From contig CAMCYR010000010.1 in NCBI GenBank assembly GCA_945885475.1, positions 10,536 to 74,535 on the forward strand: DNA of 64,000 nt. Direction: 5' to 3'. The DNA comes from Chitinophaga pinensis (lineage in GTDB: Bacteria > Bacteroidota > Bacteroidia > 2-12-FULL-35-15). How positions within the stretch are numbered: position 1 is the stretch's first letter; every line of letters begins with the position of its first letter. This document shows positions 42,905 to 51,010 of this stretch, in pieces. Below the pieces are notes generated by a model. It was not told the origin of the DNA. It was given only the letters and a program-made list of their open reading frames with translations, and did not search any database. Made by a program: the position numbers and the translations under genes.

Positions 42905-44440
42905 TTATTCTTCTTCGTTTGAAGGCGAAAATTTTTGATTCAGACAGAGACTTAGTTTTCTCTTGTAATCATCTTGAAGCCATTTAACATAATTGTCGGT
43001 GCTCTTGCAAATACAATAGGAAAATTTTTTTACGCGGTATTCAATGTCTTTGTCTAAAAGTATTACCAATTCTGCAGCATCAAAATAATCTACGCTGTTT
43101 TCTGCGCAAATTCTGGCATGTTGCTCGATCGATCTTTCAATTGCTACTTTTGGTCTTAAGCCTTGTTTTGCCACCAAAGCGTATTCATCCTTCATATTGA
43201 AGTCGATGTTTTCCGATTTACTAAATCTAGCCCTTAGGTCGGCAGGCATTTTATAGGTGAACTGGCGCTCAATTTCCTGGTCATTCCAAAGGCTTTCAAG
43301 ATAAAAATCTGGTGAGCGGAAAATGTCGTGCCAATTGATATACGATTCCCACAAGCCAAAACGTGCTGCATTGTTTCCAAGATCTATAACGTCAAAAGTA
43401 GATTTATTAGGCAGAATTCGTGATCCACGACCGATCATCTGGTGGTATAAGGTCAAGGATTTCGTTGCTCTGTTAATGATAATGGTTTCTACTGTTGGCT
43501 CATCGAAACCGGTTGTAAGAATCCCGACAGATGTTAAGATTGCATCCGGTTTTGTTTTGAACCACAACAATATTTCCTTGCGTTCCTGCTCTGTATTGGT
43601 ATTGTCTAAGTGCCGAATCTCATATCCGGCAGCGGTAAAAAGTGAATATACGTGCCGCGATGTATTGATCCCGTTATTAAAGATCAGGGTTTTTTTACCT
43701 TTTGATTGTTCTTCATAAGCACCAACCAATTTTTCCTGCATCAGGTAATTGGTATATAATCTATCCGATGAACTAACTGTGTAGTCACCGTCAATACCTA
43801 CTTTTAATGAACCTAGATTAACATCGTAGCAGTGCGTTGCTGCTTTTGACAAGAATCCCTTTTCTATCAATGATGCGATGGAATGCCCGACAATTAGTTC
43901 GTTGTAGGTTTCCTTCATCGGGAGTTTTATGTTTGAACTTAAAGGCGTTGCCGTCACGCCCAAGATCACACTGCTTTCTAGAAATTTAAATAGTTTTTTG
44001 AAGGAATTGTAATGTGCCTCATCAATGATTACTAGTCCAACTTTTTCTACTTCTAGTTTTTCGTCCTGAAGCCGGTTGTTCAGCGTTTCCACCATTGCGA
44101 CAAAACACTTAAAATCATCCTGATCTGGAAGTGTTTTTACTTTACTGTCGATGATCTTATTTTGGACACCAAATTCGTTGAGCATATTCGACGTTTGTGA
44201 ACAAAGCTCGATCCGATGCGTCAATATCAATACTTTTTTTCCTGTTTCTTTAATATAACGTTTTGCTATTTCAGAGAAGATAACAGTTTTTCCACCGCCT
44301 GTTGGCAGCTGATAAAGGAGATTATACTTTTCGGTGTGATTGTTTATGCGCTCAAAGATCTTGTCTATAGCATCCTGCTGGTAGTCGTACAGCTCCTTAC
44401 CTATTTTCTTTTCCTCTATTTCTGCAGACTCTAATGTCAT
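42905..44440 (-). CDS. Superfamily-2 DEAD/DEAH-box helicase family protein (ResIII-like N-domain, helicase C-domain, Cys-containing C-terminal extension)
   Basis: Walker A PTGGGKT, DEAH box IIDEAHY, motif III TATP and motif VI QMIGRGSR. Confidence 0.8.
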   Translation of the reverse strand: MTLESAEIEEKKIGKELYDYQQDAIDKIFERINNHTEKYNLLYQLPTGGGKTVIFSEIAKRYIKETGKKVLILTHRIELCSQTSNMLNEFGVQNKIIDSKVKTLPDQDDFKCFVAMVETLNNRLQDEKLEVEKVGLVIIDEAHYNSFKKLFKFLESSVILGVTATPLSSNIKLPMKETYNELIVGHSIASLIEKGFLSKAATHCYDVNLGSLKVGIDGDYTVSSSDRLYTNYLMQEKLVGAYEEQSKGKKTLIFNNGINTSRHVYSLFTAAGYEIRHLDNTNTEQERKEILLWFKTKPDAILTSVGILTTGFDEPTVETIIINRATKSLTLYHQMIGRGSRILPNKSTFDVIDLGNNAARFGLWESYINWHDIFRSPDFYLESLWNDQEIERQFTYKMPADLRARFSKSENIDFNMKDEYALVAKQGLRPKVAIERSIEQHARICAENSVDYFDAAELVILLDKDIEYRVKKFSYCICKSTDNYVKWLQDDYKRKLSLCLNQKFSPSNEEE

Positions 44441-44636
44441 AATTTTCTTCGATTTCGAAATCTTGCAAAAATAGTCAATTGTTAGGTTGAAAGGAAATTC
44501 TAGAGGAGAAAAATGTTTTTAATTTGAAGAATTTTCATTAGAGGAACTGCCACTCTTTTTTTTGTCACTTCGAGTACTCTACTTTGATGTAGACATTATC
44601 GAGAAGTTCCAGTTGGAGACCATAATCCTCCATAAT

Positions 44637-44664
44637 GAGATCCCGTATCGTGGCACGGGATGAC
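44637..44664. repeat. Palindromic hairpin element (copy 1 of a dispersed 36-bp repeat)
   Basis: taatgagatcccgtatcgtggcacgggatgac. Near-identical copies occur at 56886, 57038 and 57190. Confidence 0.8.
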
Positions 44665-44692
44665 GATTACGAGTTAGAATGTGCTTATTAAT

Positions 44693-45817
44693 TTACCCTC
44701 TGCGGATTTTTTGAATCTGAATTTTTAATTCATTTTCAATTGTCTTTAATCGTCCCATTTCTGAGCTGGTTACCAAACTAATTGAAAGTCCTTTTTTGCC
44801 GGCACGTCCTGTTCGCCCGCTTCGGTGTGTGTAATATTCTAATTGTTCAGGTAGTTGATAATGAATAACATATTGAAGGTTATCGACATCAATACCTCTT
44901 GCTGCCATATCGGTTGCGACAAGTATCTGAAGCTTCTCATTTTTAAAAGCGCGCATTACTTTTTCGCGATCACGCTGCTGCAGATCTCCATGAATTGCTT
45001 CCGCTGAATGGTTGCGTGCGATCAGTTGTTTTGCCAAGGATTGGGTGCCGTCTTTTGTTTTACAAAATACAATTCCTCTTCCTTTGCCTTGCGTTCTTAA
45101 AAATTCAAGTAAGGTGTTTAATTTGTCTTTTGTATCTATACATTGAACATATTGGTGTTCGATATCACGGTTGACAATATTTTTTACATCCACTTCTACT
45201 TTAAATGCATCATCATCCATATAAGAACGGATGATTTCTTTTAAGGAGTCGGGAATGGTGGCGGAAAACAACCAGGTAAACCGTTGTCCGTTTGTTTGTT
45301 CCAATATCGTATCGATGCTTGCTTTAAAACCCATACTCAGCATTTCGTCAGCTTCATCCAACACAATTGTTTTTACATCTTTTAAACTAATAGCTTTCCG
45401 CTCTAAAAGATCGATCAGTCGTCCGGGAGTTGAGACAACTATATGAGTTGGACGACTCAGATTCTTGATTTGAATTTCGATGGGTTCACCGCCATAAACA
45501 GATTCTACGAATATGCGATTTGGATTGTATCTGGCAACGCGGAACAATTGTTTCGCGATCTGTTGTCCCAATTCACGAGTCGGACATAAGACCAATGCCT
45601 GAACAGACGAACTGCTCGTATCAATTTTTTGTAATAAAGGCAAGCCGAAAGCCATTGTTTTTCCTGTACCTGTCTGCGCCTGCCCTATAAAATCAAATCC
45701 TTCTTTTAATAAAAACGGGATCGATTTTGTTTGAATTTCTGTCGGGTCAAAAATATTATTTTCAATCAGACCTTTGATTAATGCGTCTGATATGCCAAGT
45801 TCGGAGAATGTTGCCAA
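44693..45817 (-). CDS. DEAD-box ATP-dependent RNA helicase
   Basis: Q-motif, GQAQTGTGKT, DEAD, SAT and HRSGRTGRAG motifs. Confidence 0.93.
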   Translation of the reverse strand: MATFSELGISDALIKGLIENNIFDPTEIQTKSIPFLLKEGFDFIGQAQTGTGKTMAFGLPLLQKIDTSSSSVQALVLCPTRELGQQIAKQLFRVARYNPNRIFVESVYGGEPIEIQIKNLSRPTHIVVSTPGRLIDLLERKAISLKDVKTIVLDEADEMLSMGFKASIDTILEQTNGQRFTWLFSATIPDSLKEIIRSYMDDDAFKVEVDVKNIVNRDIEHQYVQCIDTKDKLNTLLEFLRTQGKGRGIVFCKTKDGTQSLAKQLIARNHSAEAIHGDLQQRDREKVMRAFKNEKLQILVATDMAARGIDVDNLQYVIHYQLPEQLEYYTHRSGRTGRAGKKGLSISLVTSSEMGRLKTIENELKIQIQKIRRG

Positions 45818-45980
45818 TTTTTTTTCGTTAAATGAACTGCAAAGATACTATGAATTATTGAGAATGTATTCCCAGCAGATTGGCTGTTGCAGCTGCTGCC
45901 TGTCAGATTTTACATATATCATTGTCCTGCTACTCTTAATTTTATACGTTTACACAACCTTACATTAAAAATACTGATCG

Positions 45981-46187
45981 ATGAAAATCAATAAATACCG
46001 CTTATCGCTTATCGTCTTGTTGATCAGCTATTCTGTAGCAGCTGCGCAGCAATTTATCCGCAAGGAAAGAGGAAAGCCAATGACCTTTGTAGAAATGCAG
46101 CAAAACCTTGGTCTGCCAGCCGGAATGTATTTTGCGAGAATTAAAAACGAGAAGATCAGCGGTGTAAAAAGTTTTGTTGTAAAGTGA
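45981..46187 (+). CDS. Hypothetical small secreted protein
   Basis: Signal peptide MKINKYRLSLIVLLISYSVAAAQ. 68 aa. No similarity recognised. Confidence 0.4.
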   Translation: MKINKYRLSLIVLLISYSVAAAQQFIRKERGKPMTFVEMQQNLGLPAGMYFARIKNEKISGVKSFVVK

Positions 46188-46235
46188 TTTCTTGATCCTT
46201 TTTGATAATTCCGGAACGCGGTATCTGATCAGAAT

Positions 46236-46270
46236 AAAAATCTCCTGAATGAATGTTCAGGGGATTTTTA
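46236..46270. terminator. Bidirectional intrinsic terminator
   Basis: atctcctgaa-tgaatg-ttcaggggat stem with one G.U pair, flanked by A and T runs. Confidence 0.65.
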
Positions 46271-46271
46271 T

Positions 46272-46727
46272 TTAGAGGACATTTTGAATCTCAGTAAGCT
46301 GACCATTAAAATCAAAACGATCGTTTTTTGATAAGCCTTTTAATTTCATGCCAATCGGTGAGGCAATTGAAATTGCATAAAAGAGCTGATCATCAATCTG
46401 TAATTTTCCTGCAGGAATAGCGACGAAGAAATTACCTTTATTTGTAAAAATAATGCTCCCCACCTGAATGGTAGATGATGCAAGATCTAATTTTATTTTC
46501 TTTAATGTTTCTTGAAGCTCATGCGCTTCATGCAGCTGCGCAGCACCTTTTTCTTGTTCGAGCTGTGCCATTGCTCTGCCTGTTTCGTGTTTATCACCCG
46601 CACTGCTTTTTGTATCATCGTTTGCCGATTCTTTTGCATTGTTAATGGCATACTGCGCGTTTGAGATGCGCTGCTCAATGTATTGCTGACAAAGAGTAGC
46701 TAATTGAATCTTCAGATTGTATTTCAT
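46272..46727 (-). CDS. GreA/GreB-like (FKBP-like C-terminal domain) family protein. Start trimmed to the internal Met because the longer ORF overlaps the upstream gene
   Basis: MKYNLKIQLATLCQQYIEQRISNAQYAINNAKESANDDTKSSAGDKHETGRA... matches the Bacteroidota GreA-like family. Trimming removes an 89-nt overlap with 46777..47484. Confidence 0.6.
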   Translation of the reverse strand: MKYNLKIQLATLCQQYIEQRISNAQYAINNAKESANDDTKSSAGDKHETGRAMAQLEQEKGAAQLHEAHELQETLKKIKLDLASSTIQVGSIIFTNKGNFFVAIPAGKLQIDDQLFYAISIASPIGMKLKGLSKNDRFDFNGQLTEIQNVL

Positions 46728-46776
46728 TGAAAGGATAATGAGTGTTGACTTTTTCGGGATGCCGGAAATCGGATTT

Positions 46777-47484
46777 CTACTTTTTCTTGACCATGCTATA
46801 ATAAAACCCGAAACCAAAGCTGATAAACTGTGTAGATACCGCATTGTTCCTGTCGAATTTGGCATATTCGTTCAAAGCGAGGTCGTAGGGATCGAAATGC
46901 GCATCAAAGATGGTATATGAAAGTGTTGCCCCAATGCCGAAATTCGATTCGATCAGAAAAAAAATATTCATCTCCGGCTCAATATAATAGGTGTTGAAGC
47001 TATTGTATTTAGGCGGATTTTTCGCATCCTTTGTTTTTATCCCCGAATATTCTGTCCAGTTATTACCAACCGATAATGCCAAAGAGTAGATCGTTTTATT
47101 TTTCTCTCCGACATAAAAATCGTTGCCGGCTTTTATTGCTACATTATTGATGCTCATGCTGGCATTATAGTCCGCGATCTTATTCTCTGTAATTTTTAAC
47201 AATCCATTTTTTGCTGATGCGCCAATAAAAAAACCTTTGTATAACATCAGGTTTAAACATCCGCTGACTTCATAAATTCCTACAAAACTTTTTTTGAATG
47301 ATTTGTTTCCCATTGGATGAGGAACAGTAACCGAAACTCTGGGGCTCAATAAATAGTACTGCTTTTTTGCAGGAGCTGTTTCGATTGCTGGAGGCGGCGG
47401 AGTTGGCAACGGCTCATCTTGTGAAAAAACACAAGTTGAAATACATAGTAGACTAACAAAAGCACTAAAAGGAATTATTCTCAA
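46777..47484 (-). CDS. Putative outer-membrane beta-barrel protein
   Basis: Signal peptide, Pro-rich linker, alternating hydrophobic beta-strand pattern, and an aromatic-rich C-terminus (FGFGFYYSMV). Confidence 0.55.
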   Translation of the reverse strand: MRIIPFSAFVSLLCISTCVFSQDEPLPTPPPPAIETAPAKKQYYLLSPRVSVTVPHPMGNKSFKKSFVGIYEVSGCLNLMLYKGFFIGASAKNGLLKITENKIADYNASMSINNVAIKAGNDFYVGEKNKTIYSLALSVGNNWTEYSGIKTKDAKNPPKYNSFNTYYIEPEMNIFFLIESNFGIGATLSYTIFDAHFDPYDLALNEYAKFDRNNAVSTQFISFGFGFYYSMVKKK

Positions 47485-47554
47485 TGGTCTATTTTTTACT
47501 AAAATTAATAAAATTTATGTCAAATCAGTAGACGTAATTTATTTTCAAGGTTGC

Positions 47555-48274
47555 TTATACAAACTTCATTTCTTTTGAATGATGAACAGAGAAATAGTCG
47601 TTAGTAAGCGCTAAAGCCACATGCGTTATAAAAGATACTGCTATACTACCAGACGAAATAGTTACATAACAAAGCCGCAAACCGTAAGGTATTGCACCAA
47701 TAGTCTCGTTTAATCCTTTTGGAATATGCGTTGCCGAATAAAATGAAAGGTTAATCGCAACTGCAGGCCAAAAGCCAAAAGAGTAATAACACGTAGTTAA
47801 TAAAATCCCCCTAAACATAAATTCATAGGCAAAAAGATAAGATATCCAAGCAAAAGAATTAATAATAACTCTGCGTTTAGTCCACACCTTTAGCCTCATC
47901 TGAGGATAAACTTTGAGATTTTCTACATTTTTTGTTGCGAAATAATTTATCAAAGCGATTAATACACACATTACTATAATGTAAACGAACGACTGCGAAT
48001 AATTACCCAATTTCAATTCGTAATCAGCTAATGAAAAAGGCAAAAGGAATAAAGCTAAAGAGCCGGGTAGAATTCCTAAAAATAAAACACCCATCATTTT
48101 TTGGAACACCACATAATTGATCCAAGCCGTTTCTTCTTGAAATTTCATAAAATAGGATTCTTTAATTTTGGGGCTCAATGCAAAAAACCAATAAAGTATA
48201 AATCCTATTGTAGATAAAGATATACCTATGAAAGCGTTAAGGTATTCGGGTTTCCAATCATAAAAGTTAGCCAT
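47555..48274 (-). CDS. CPBP family intramembrane glutamic endopeptidase (CAAX protease/Abi family)
   Basis: EFMFRG (EExxxR-like) motif, a FxxxH motif and a conserved His in the last TM helix. Confidence 0.75.
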   Translation of the reverse strand: MANFYDWKPEYLNAFIGISLSTIGFILYWFFALSPKIKESYFMKFQEETAWINYVVFQKMMGVLFLGILPGSLALFLLPFSLADYELKLGNYSQSFVYIIVMCVLIALINYFATKNVENLKVYPQMRLKVWTKRRVIINSFAWISYLFAYEFMFRGILLTTCYYSFGFWPAVAINLSFYSATHIPKGLNETIGAIPYGLRLCYVTISSGSIAVSFITHVALALTNDYFSVHHSKEMKFV

Positions 48275-48362
48275 ATTTTTTTCTTCTTCTACACCAAATG
48301 TAGTGAAAGATAAGTGGTTTCAAAAAAACATTTTAGGAATACAATTTCGGAAACTATAAAAT

Positions 48363-48396
48363 AAAAAAACCTCGCAAATTGCGAGGTTTTTTTGTG
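48363..48396 (-). terminator. Intrinsic terminator immediately 3' of the tRNA
   Basis: cctcgc-aaatt-gcgagg stem flanked by an A7 run and a T7 run. Confidence 0.75.
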
Positions 48397-48468
48397 ACCG
48401 CGAAGGGATTCAAACCCCTAACCTTCTCATCCGTAGTGAGACACTCTATTCAGTTGAGCTACGCAGCC
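48395..48468 (-). tRNA. tRNA-Arg(ACG)-like gene with a non-canonical elbow (possible variant tRNA or pseudogene)
   Basis: Cloverleaf GGCTGCG-TA-GCTC-AACTGAATA-GAGT-G-TCTCA-CTACGGA-TGAGA-AGGTT-AGGGG-TTTGAAT-CCCTT-CGCGGTC-A. Anticodon ACG. G18G19 are replaced by AA and C56 by T. There are four G.U pairs. CCA is not encoded. Confidence 0.55.
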
Positions 48469-48587
48469 ATTAGCTTTTTAAAAAAGCGATGCAAATATAA
48501 ACATTTTCCTTGTATTCAAAAGGCTTTAATATATTTTTATTTAAAAAAAGGTAAATTCAGCAAAGCACTATTTTTTTTGTAATACAT

Positions 48588-49559
48588 TTGTATCCAAACC
48601 AATTAATTTTTTTAAAAATGTCTATATTAACTATTGTTTTCGCTGTATTAATTTTTCTTTTTGTGTTTTTATCTTTTGTAACAGTTGCACAGGGAACAAT
48701 TGCTGTTGTGACTGTTTTTGGTAAATACCGCAGAGTAATGGGACCGGGATTGAACATGAAGATCCCCTTTATTGAGGTTATTTTTAAACGTGTTTCCATT
48801 CAAAATCGCTCTGTTGAATTGGAATTTCAAGCCATCACGATCGACCAGGCAAATGTTTACTTTAAAGCTATGTTGCTTTATTCTGTTATCAATACAAATG
48901 AAGAGAGTATTAAAAATGTGGCCTTCAAATTTATTGACGAACGAAACTTTATGCAAGCCTTAGTAAGAACCATAGAAGGTTCGATAAGAGGATTTGTTGC
49001 TACAAAAAAGCAAGCAGAAGTACTTTCTCTTCGTAAAGAAATTGTAGAAGATGTTAAGGGACAAATTGACCAAAACCTTGAAGAATGGGGTTATCACTTA
49101 ATCGATTTGCAATTAAACGATATCACTTTTGATGAGGCTATTATCAAATCAATGGCGCAAGTGGTTGCTTCTAGTAACTTGAAAGCGGCTGCTGAAAACG
49201 AAGGGCAAGCATTGTTAATTACAAAAACCAAAGCTGCGGAAGCGGATGGTAATGCAACCAAAATTGCAGCGGAAGCAGAACGTTTGGCAGCTCAATTACG
49301 CGGACAAGGTGTTGCGTTGTTCCGTGAAGAAGTGGCTAAGGGTATGAGTCAGGCGGCTAAAGAAATGGAGCAAGCTAATTTAGATACTTCAGTTATTTTA
49401 TTCAGTATGTGGACGGAAGCGATCAAGAACTTTGCTGAATATGGTAAAGGAAATGTAATTTTCTTAGATGGTTCTAGTGAAGGAATGGATCGTACCATGC
49501 GTGAAATGATGGCGATGAATAAGTTGATGGAACCTAAAACACCTGGAGTTAAGAAATAG
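48588..49559 (+). CDS. SPFH/Band-7 domain membrane protein (stomatin/flotillin-like)
   Basis: N-terminal TM helix and SPFH core (TIAVVTVFGKYRRVMGPGLNMKIPFIE...), followed by an Ala/Glu-rich coiled coil. The start may be the second Met, 10 codons downstream. Confidence 0.85.
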   Translation: MYPNQLIFLKMSILTIVFAVLIFLFVFLSFVTVAQGTIAVVTVFGKYRRVMGPGLNMKIPFIEVIFKRVSIQNRSVELEFQAITIDQANVYFKAMLLYSVINTNEESIKNVAFKFIDERNFMQALVRTIEGSIRGFVATKKQAEVLSLRKEIVEDVKGQIDQNLEEWGYHLIDLQLNDITFDEAIIKSMAQVVASSNLKAAAENEGQALLITKTKAAEADGNATKIAAEAERLAAQLRGQGVALFREEVAKGMSQAAKEMEQANLDTSVILFSMWTEAIKNFAEYGKGNVIFLDGSSEGMDRTMREMMAMNKLMEPKTPGVKK

Positions 49560-49585
49560 CAATACATGAATCTCATTTTAAAGAA

Positions 49586-49620
49586 CCTTCAAGCTTATAA
49601 ACTTGGAGGTTTTTTTATTT
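49586..49620 (+). terminator. Intrinsic terminator after the SPFH gene
   Basis: ccttcaag-cttataaa-cttggagg stem followed by T9. Confidence 0.75.
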
Positions 49621-50009
49621 AACAGGCTTTTAATTTGTTTATCTGCTATGTTTTATTAAATTAGCTAAATAATTAGATAAAAAAAAACGCATACATACAT
49701 CTCTTGCCGATTGTTTTACTCCCCTGAGGCACAGAAAATACGAACTGGATTCATTGCATCCCTTATTCTATCGTATTGTATTTTTCAAAAACAAAAAACA
49801 AGTGTTTCACTAAAAAGAAAGGAAATTCAGTTTTATAAAAACAAAAAATACAACGTCTTACTTTCTTTCGCACGAAAGCTCACTTCTAATGCAACTAAAA
49901 GCGTTATTTGGAGTACAAATTATAGTAAATTTGTTAAAGGCAAAGGTGCATCAGTCTCCATCTTAAAATATAAATGACTTACAAATTATTAAAAATCAAA
50001 TCTTAATAA

Positions 50010-50999
50010 TTGAATAAACCTTTTTACATATTATTTTTTGTTTTGATATTGAGTGTGTTTCAATACAAGTATTCTATTGCCCAAACGAATCTTGTTTACA
50101 ATGGTGATTTTGAATTGTTCAGTACTTGTCCTAGTGGAACGGGAGGTTTAAGTGATTGCACAGGATGGTTAAATCCTACAACTGCTACCCCCGATTATTT
50201 TAATGCCTGTGCTGGTGCAAGTATTGTGGGGATTCCGAACAATGCAGGCGGTAGTCAAAATGCTTTTTCAGGTGACGGTTATGCCGGTTTTATTGCATTT
50301 GAATATGTTCCAGGTCCTACGAGTTGGTGGTTTGAATATATTCAGGGGGAATTTATTCAACCACTTTTAGCTGGCCATAAATACGAACTCACATTTTACG
50401 TGAGTTGTGGTGAAGGCTATGCTGACATAGCCATTTCAAAGATAGGAGCTTATTCTTCAGTATTGCCAATTTCTAGAACGGATTCCAATCCTTTTTTGCT
50501 AATACCCCAAGTTGTAAATTCAAATGGAGTCATATCAGATACGGCAGGTTGGACAAAAATATCGGGAACATTCATTGCATCAGGTAATGAACAATTCATT
50601 ACTCTCGGTTATTTTTCTGATACAATAATTACAGATTCATTAAGAATACAAACTTTTTCCTTCAATCCAACTTCTACTCCAAGAACCTATTATTACGTTG
50701 ATGGAATTAATGTGATCGATGTGACACCAGAAATTAATATACCAAACATTTTTTCTCCAAACGGAGATGGAGTTAATGATTTTCTAGATATTTCGAATTT
50801 TGGTCTTTCTGAGATTTCATTTTGCATTTTTAACAGATGGGGTATTAAGGTGTTTGAAACAAATAAGGTAGGCGATAAATGGGATGGAAGAACCACTTCA
50901 GGTATTAGCTGTAATGATGGAACGTATTTCTATGTATTGAAAGCAAAAGACGACAAAACGAATTATGATTTAAAAGGATTTATTCAATTGTTAAGATAA
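50010..50999 (+). CDS. T9SS type-B C-terminal sorting domain (gliding-motility-associated CTD) secreted protein
   Basis: Signal peptide. C-terminal ...IFSPNGDGVNDFL...GTYFYVLKAKDD...GFIQLL is the type-B CTD signature. Confidence 0.8.
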   Translation: MNKPFYILFFVLILSVFQYKYSIAQTNLVYNGDFELFSTCPSGTGGLSDCTGWLNPTTATPDYFNACAGASIVGIPNNAGGSQNAFSGDGYAGFIAFEYVPGPTSWWFEYIQGEFIQPLLAGHKYELTFYVSCGEGYADIAISKIGAYSSVLPISRTDSNPFLLIPQVVNSNGVISDTAGWTKISGTFIASGNEQFITLGYFSDTIITDSLRIQTFSFNPTSTPRTYYYVDGINVIDVTPEINIPNIFSPNGDGVNDFLDISNFGLSEISFCIFNRWGIKVFETNKVGDKWDGRTTSGISCNDGTYFYVLKAKDDKTNYDLKGFIQLLR

Positions 51000-51010
51000 A
51001 ACTTAACAAA

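Noticed and set aside
46728-46865. Upstream 46 codons of the GreA-like ORF (track start 46865)
   Set aside because: They overlap the preceding gene by 89 nt. The family-typical N-terminus begins at the internal Met (MKYNLK...).
49711-49977. 88-aa ORF in the long intergenic gap
   Set aside because: Low-complexity Lys/Ser-rich product, no RBS or promoter context, no similarity. Treated as non-coding.
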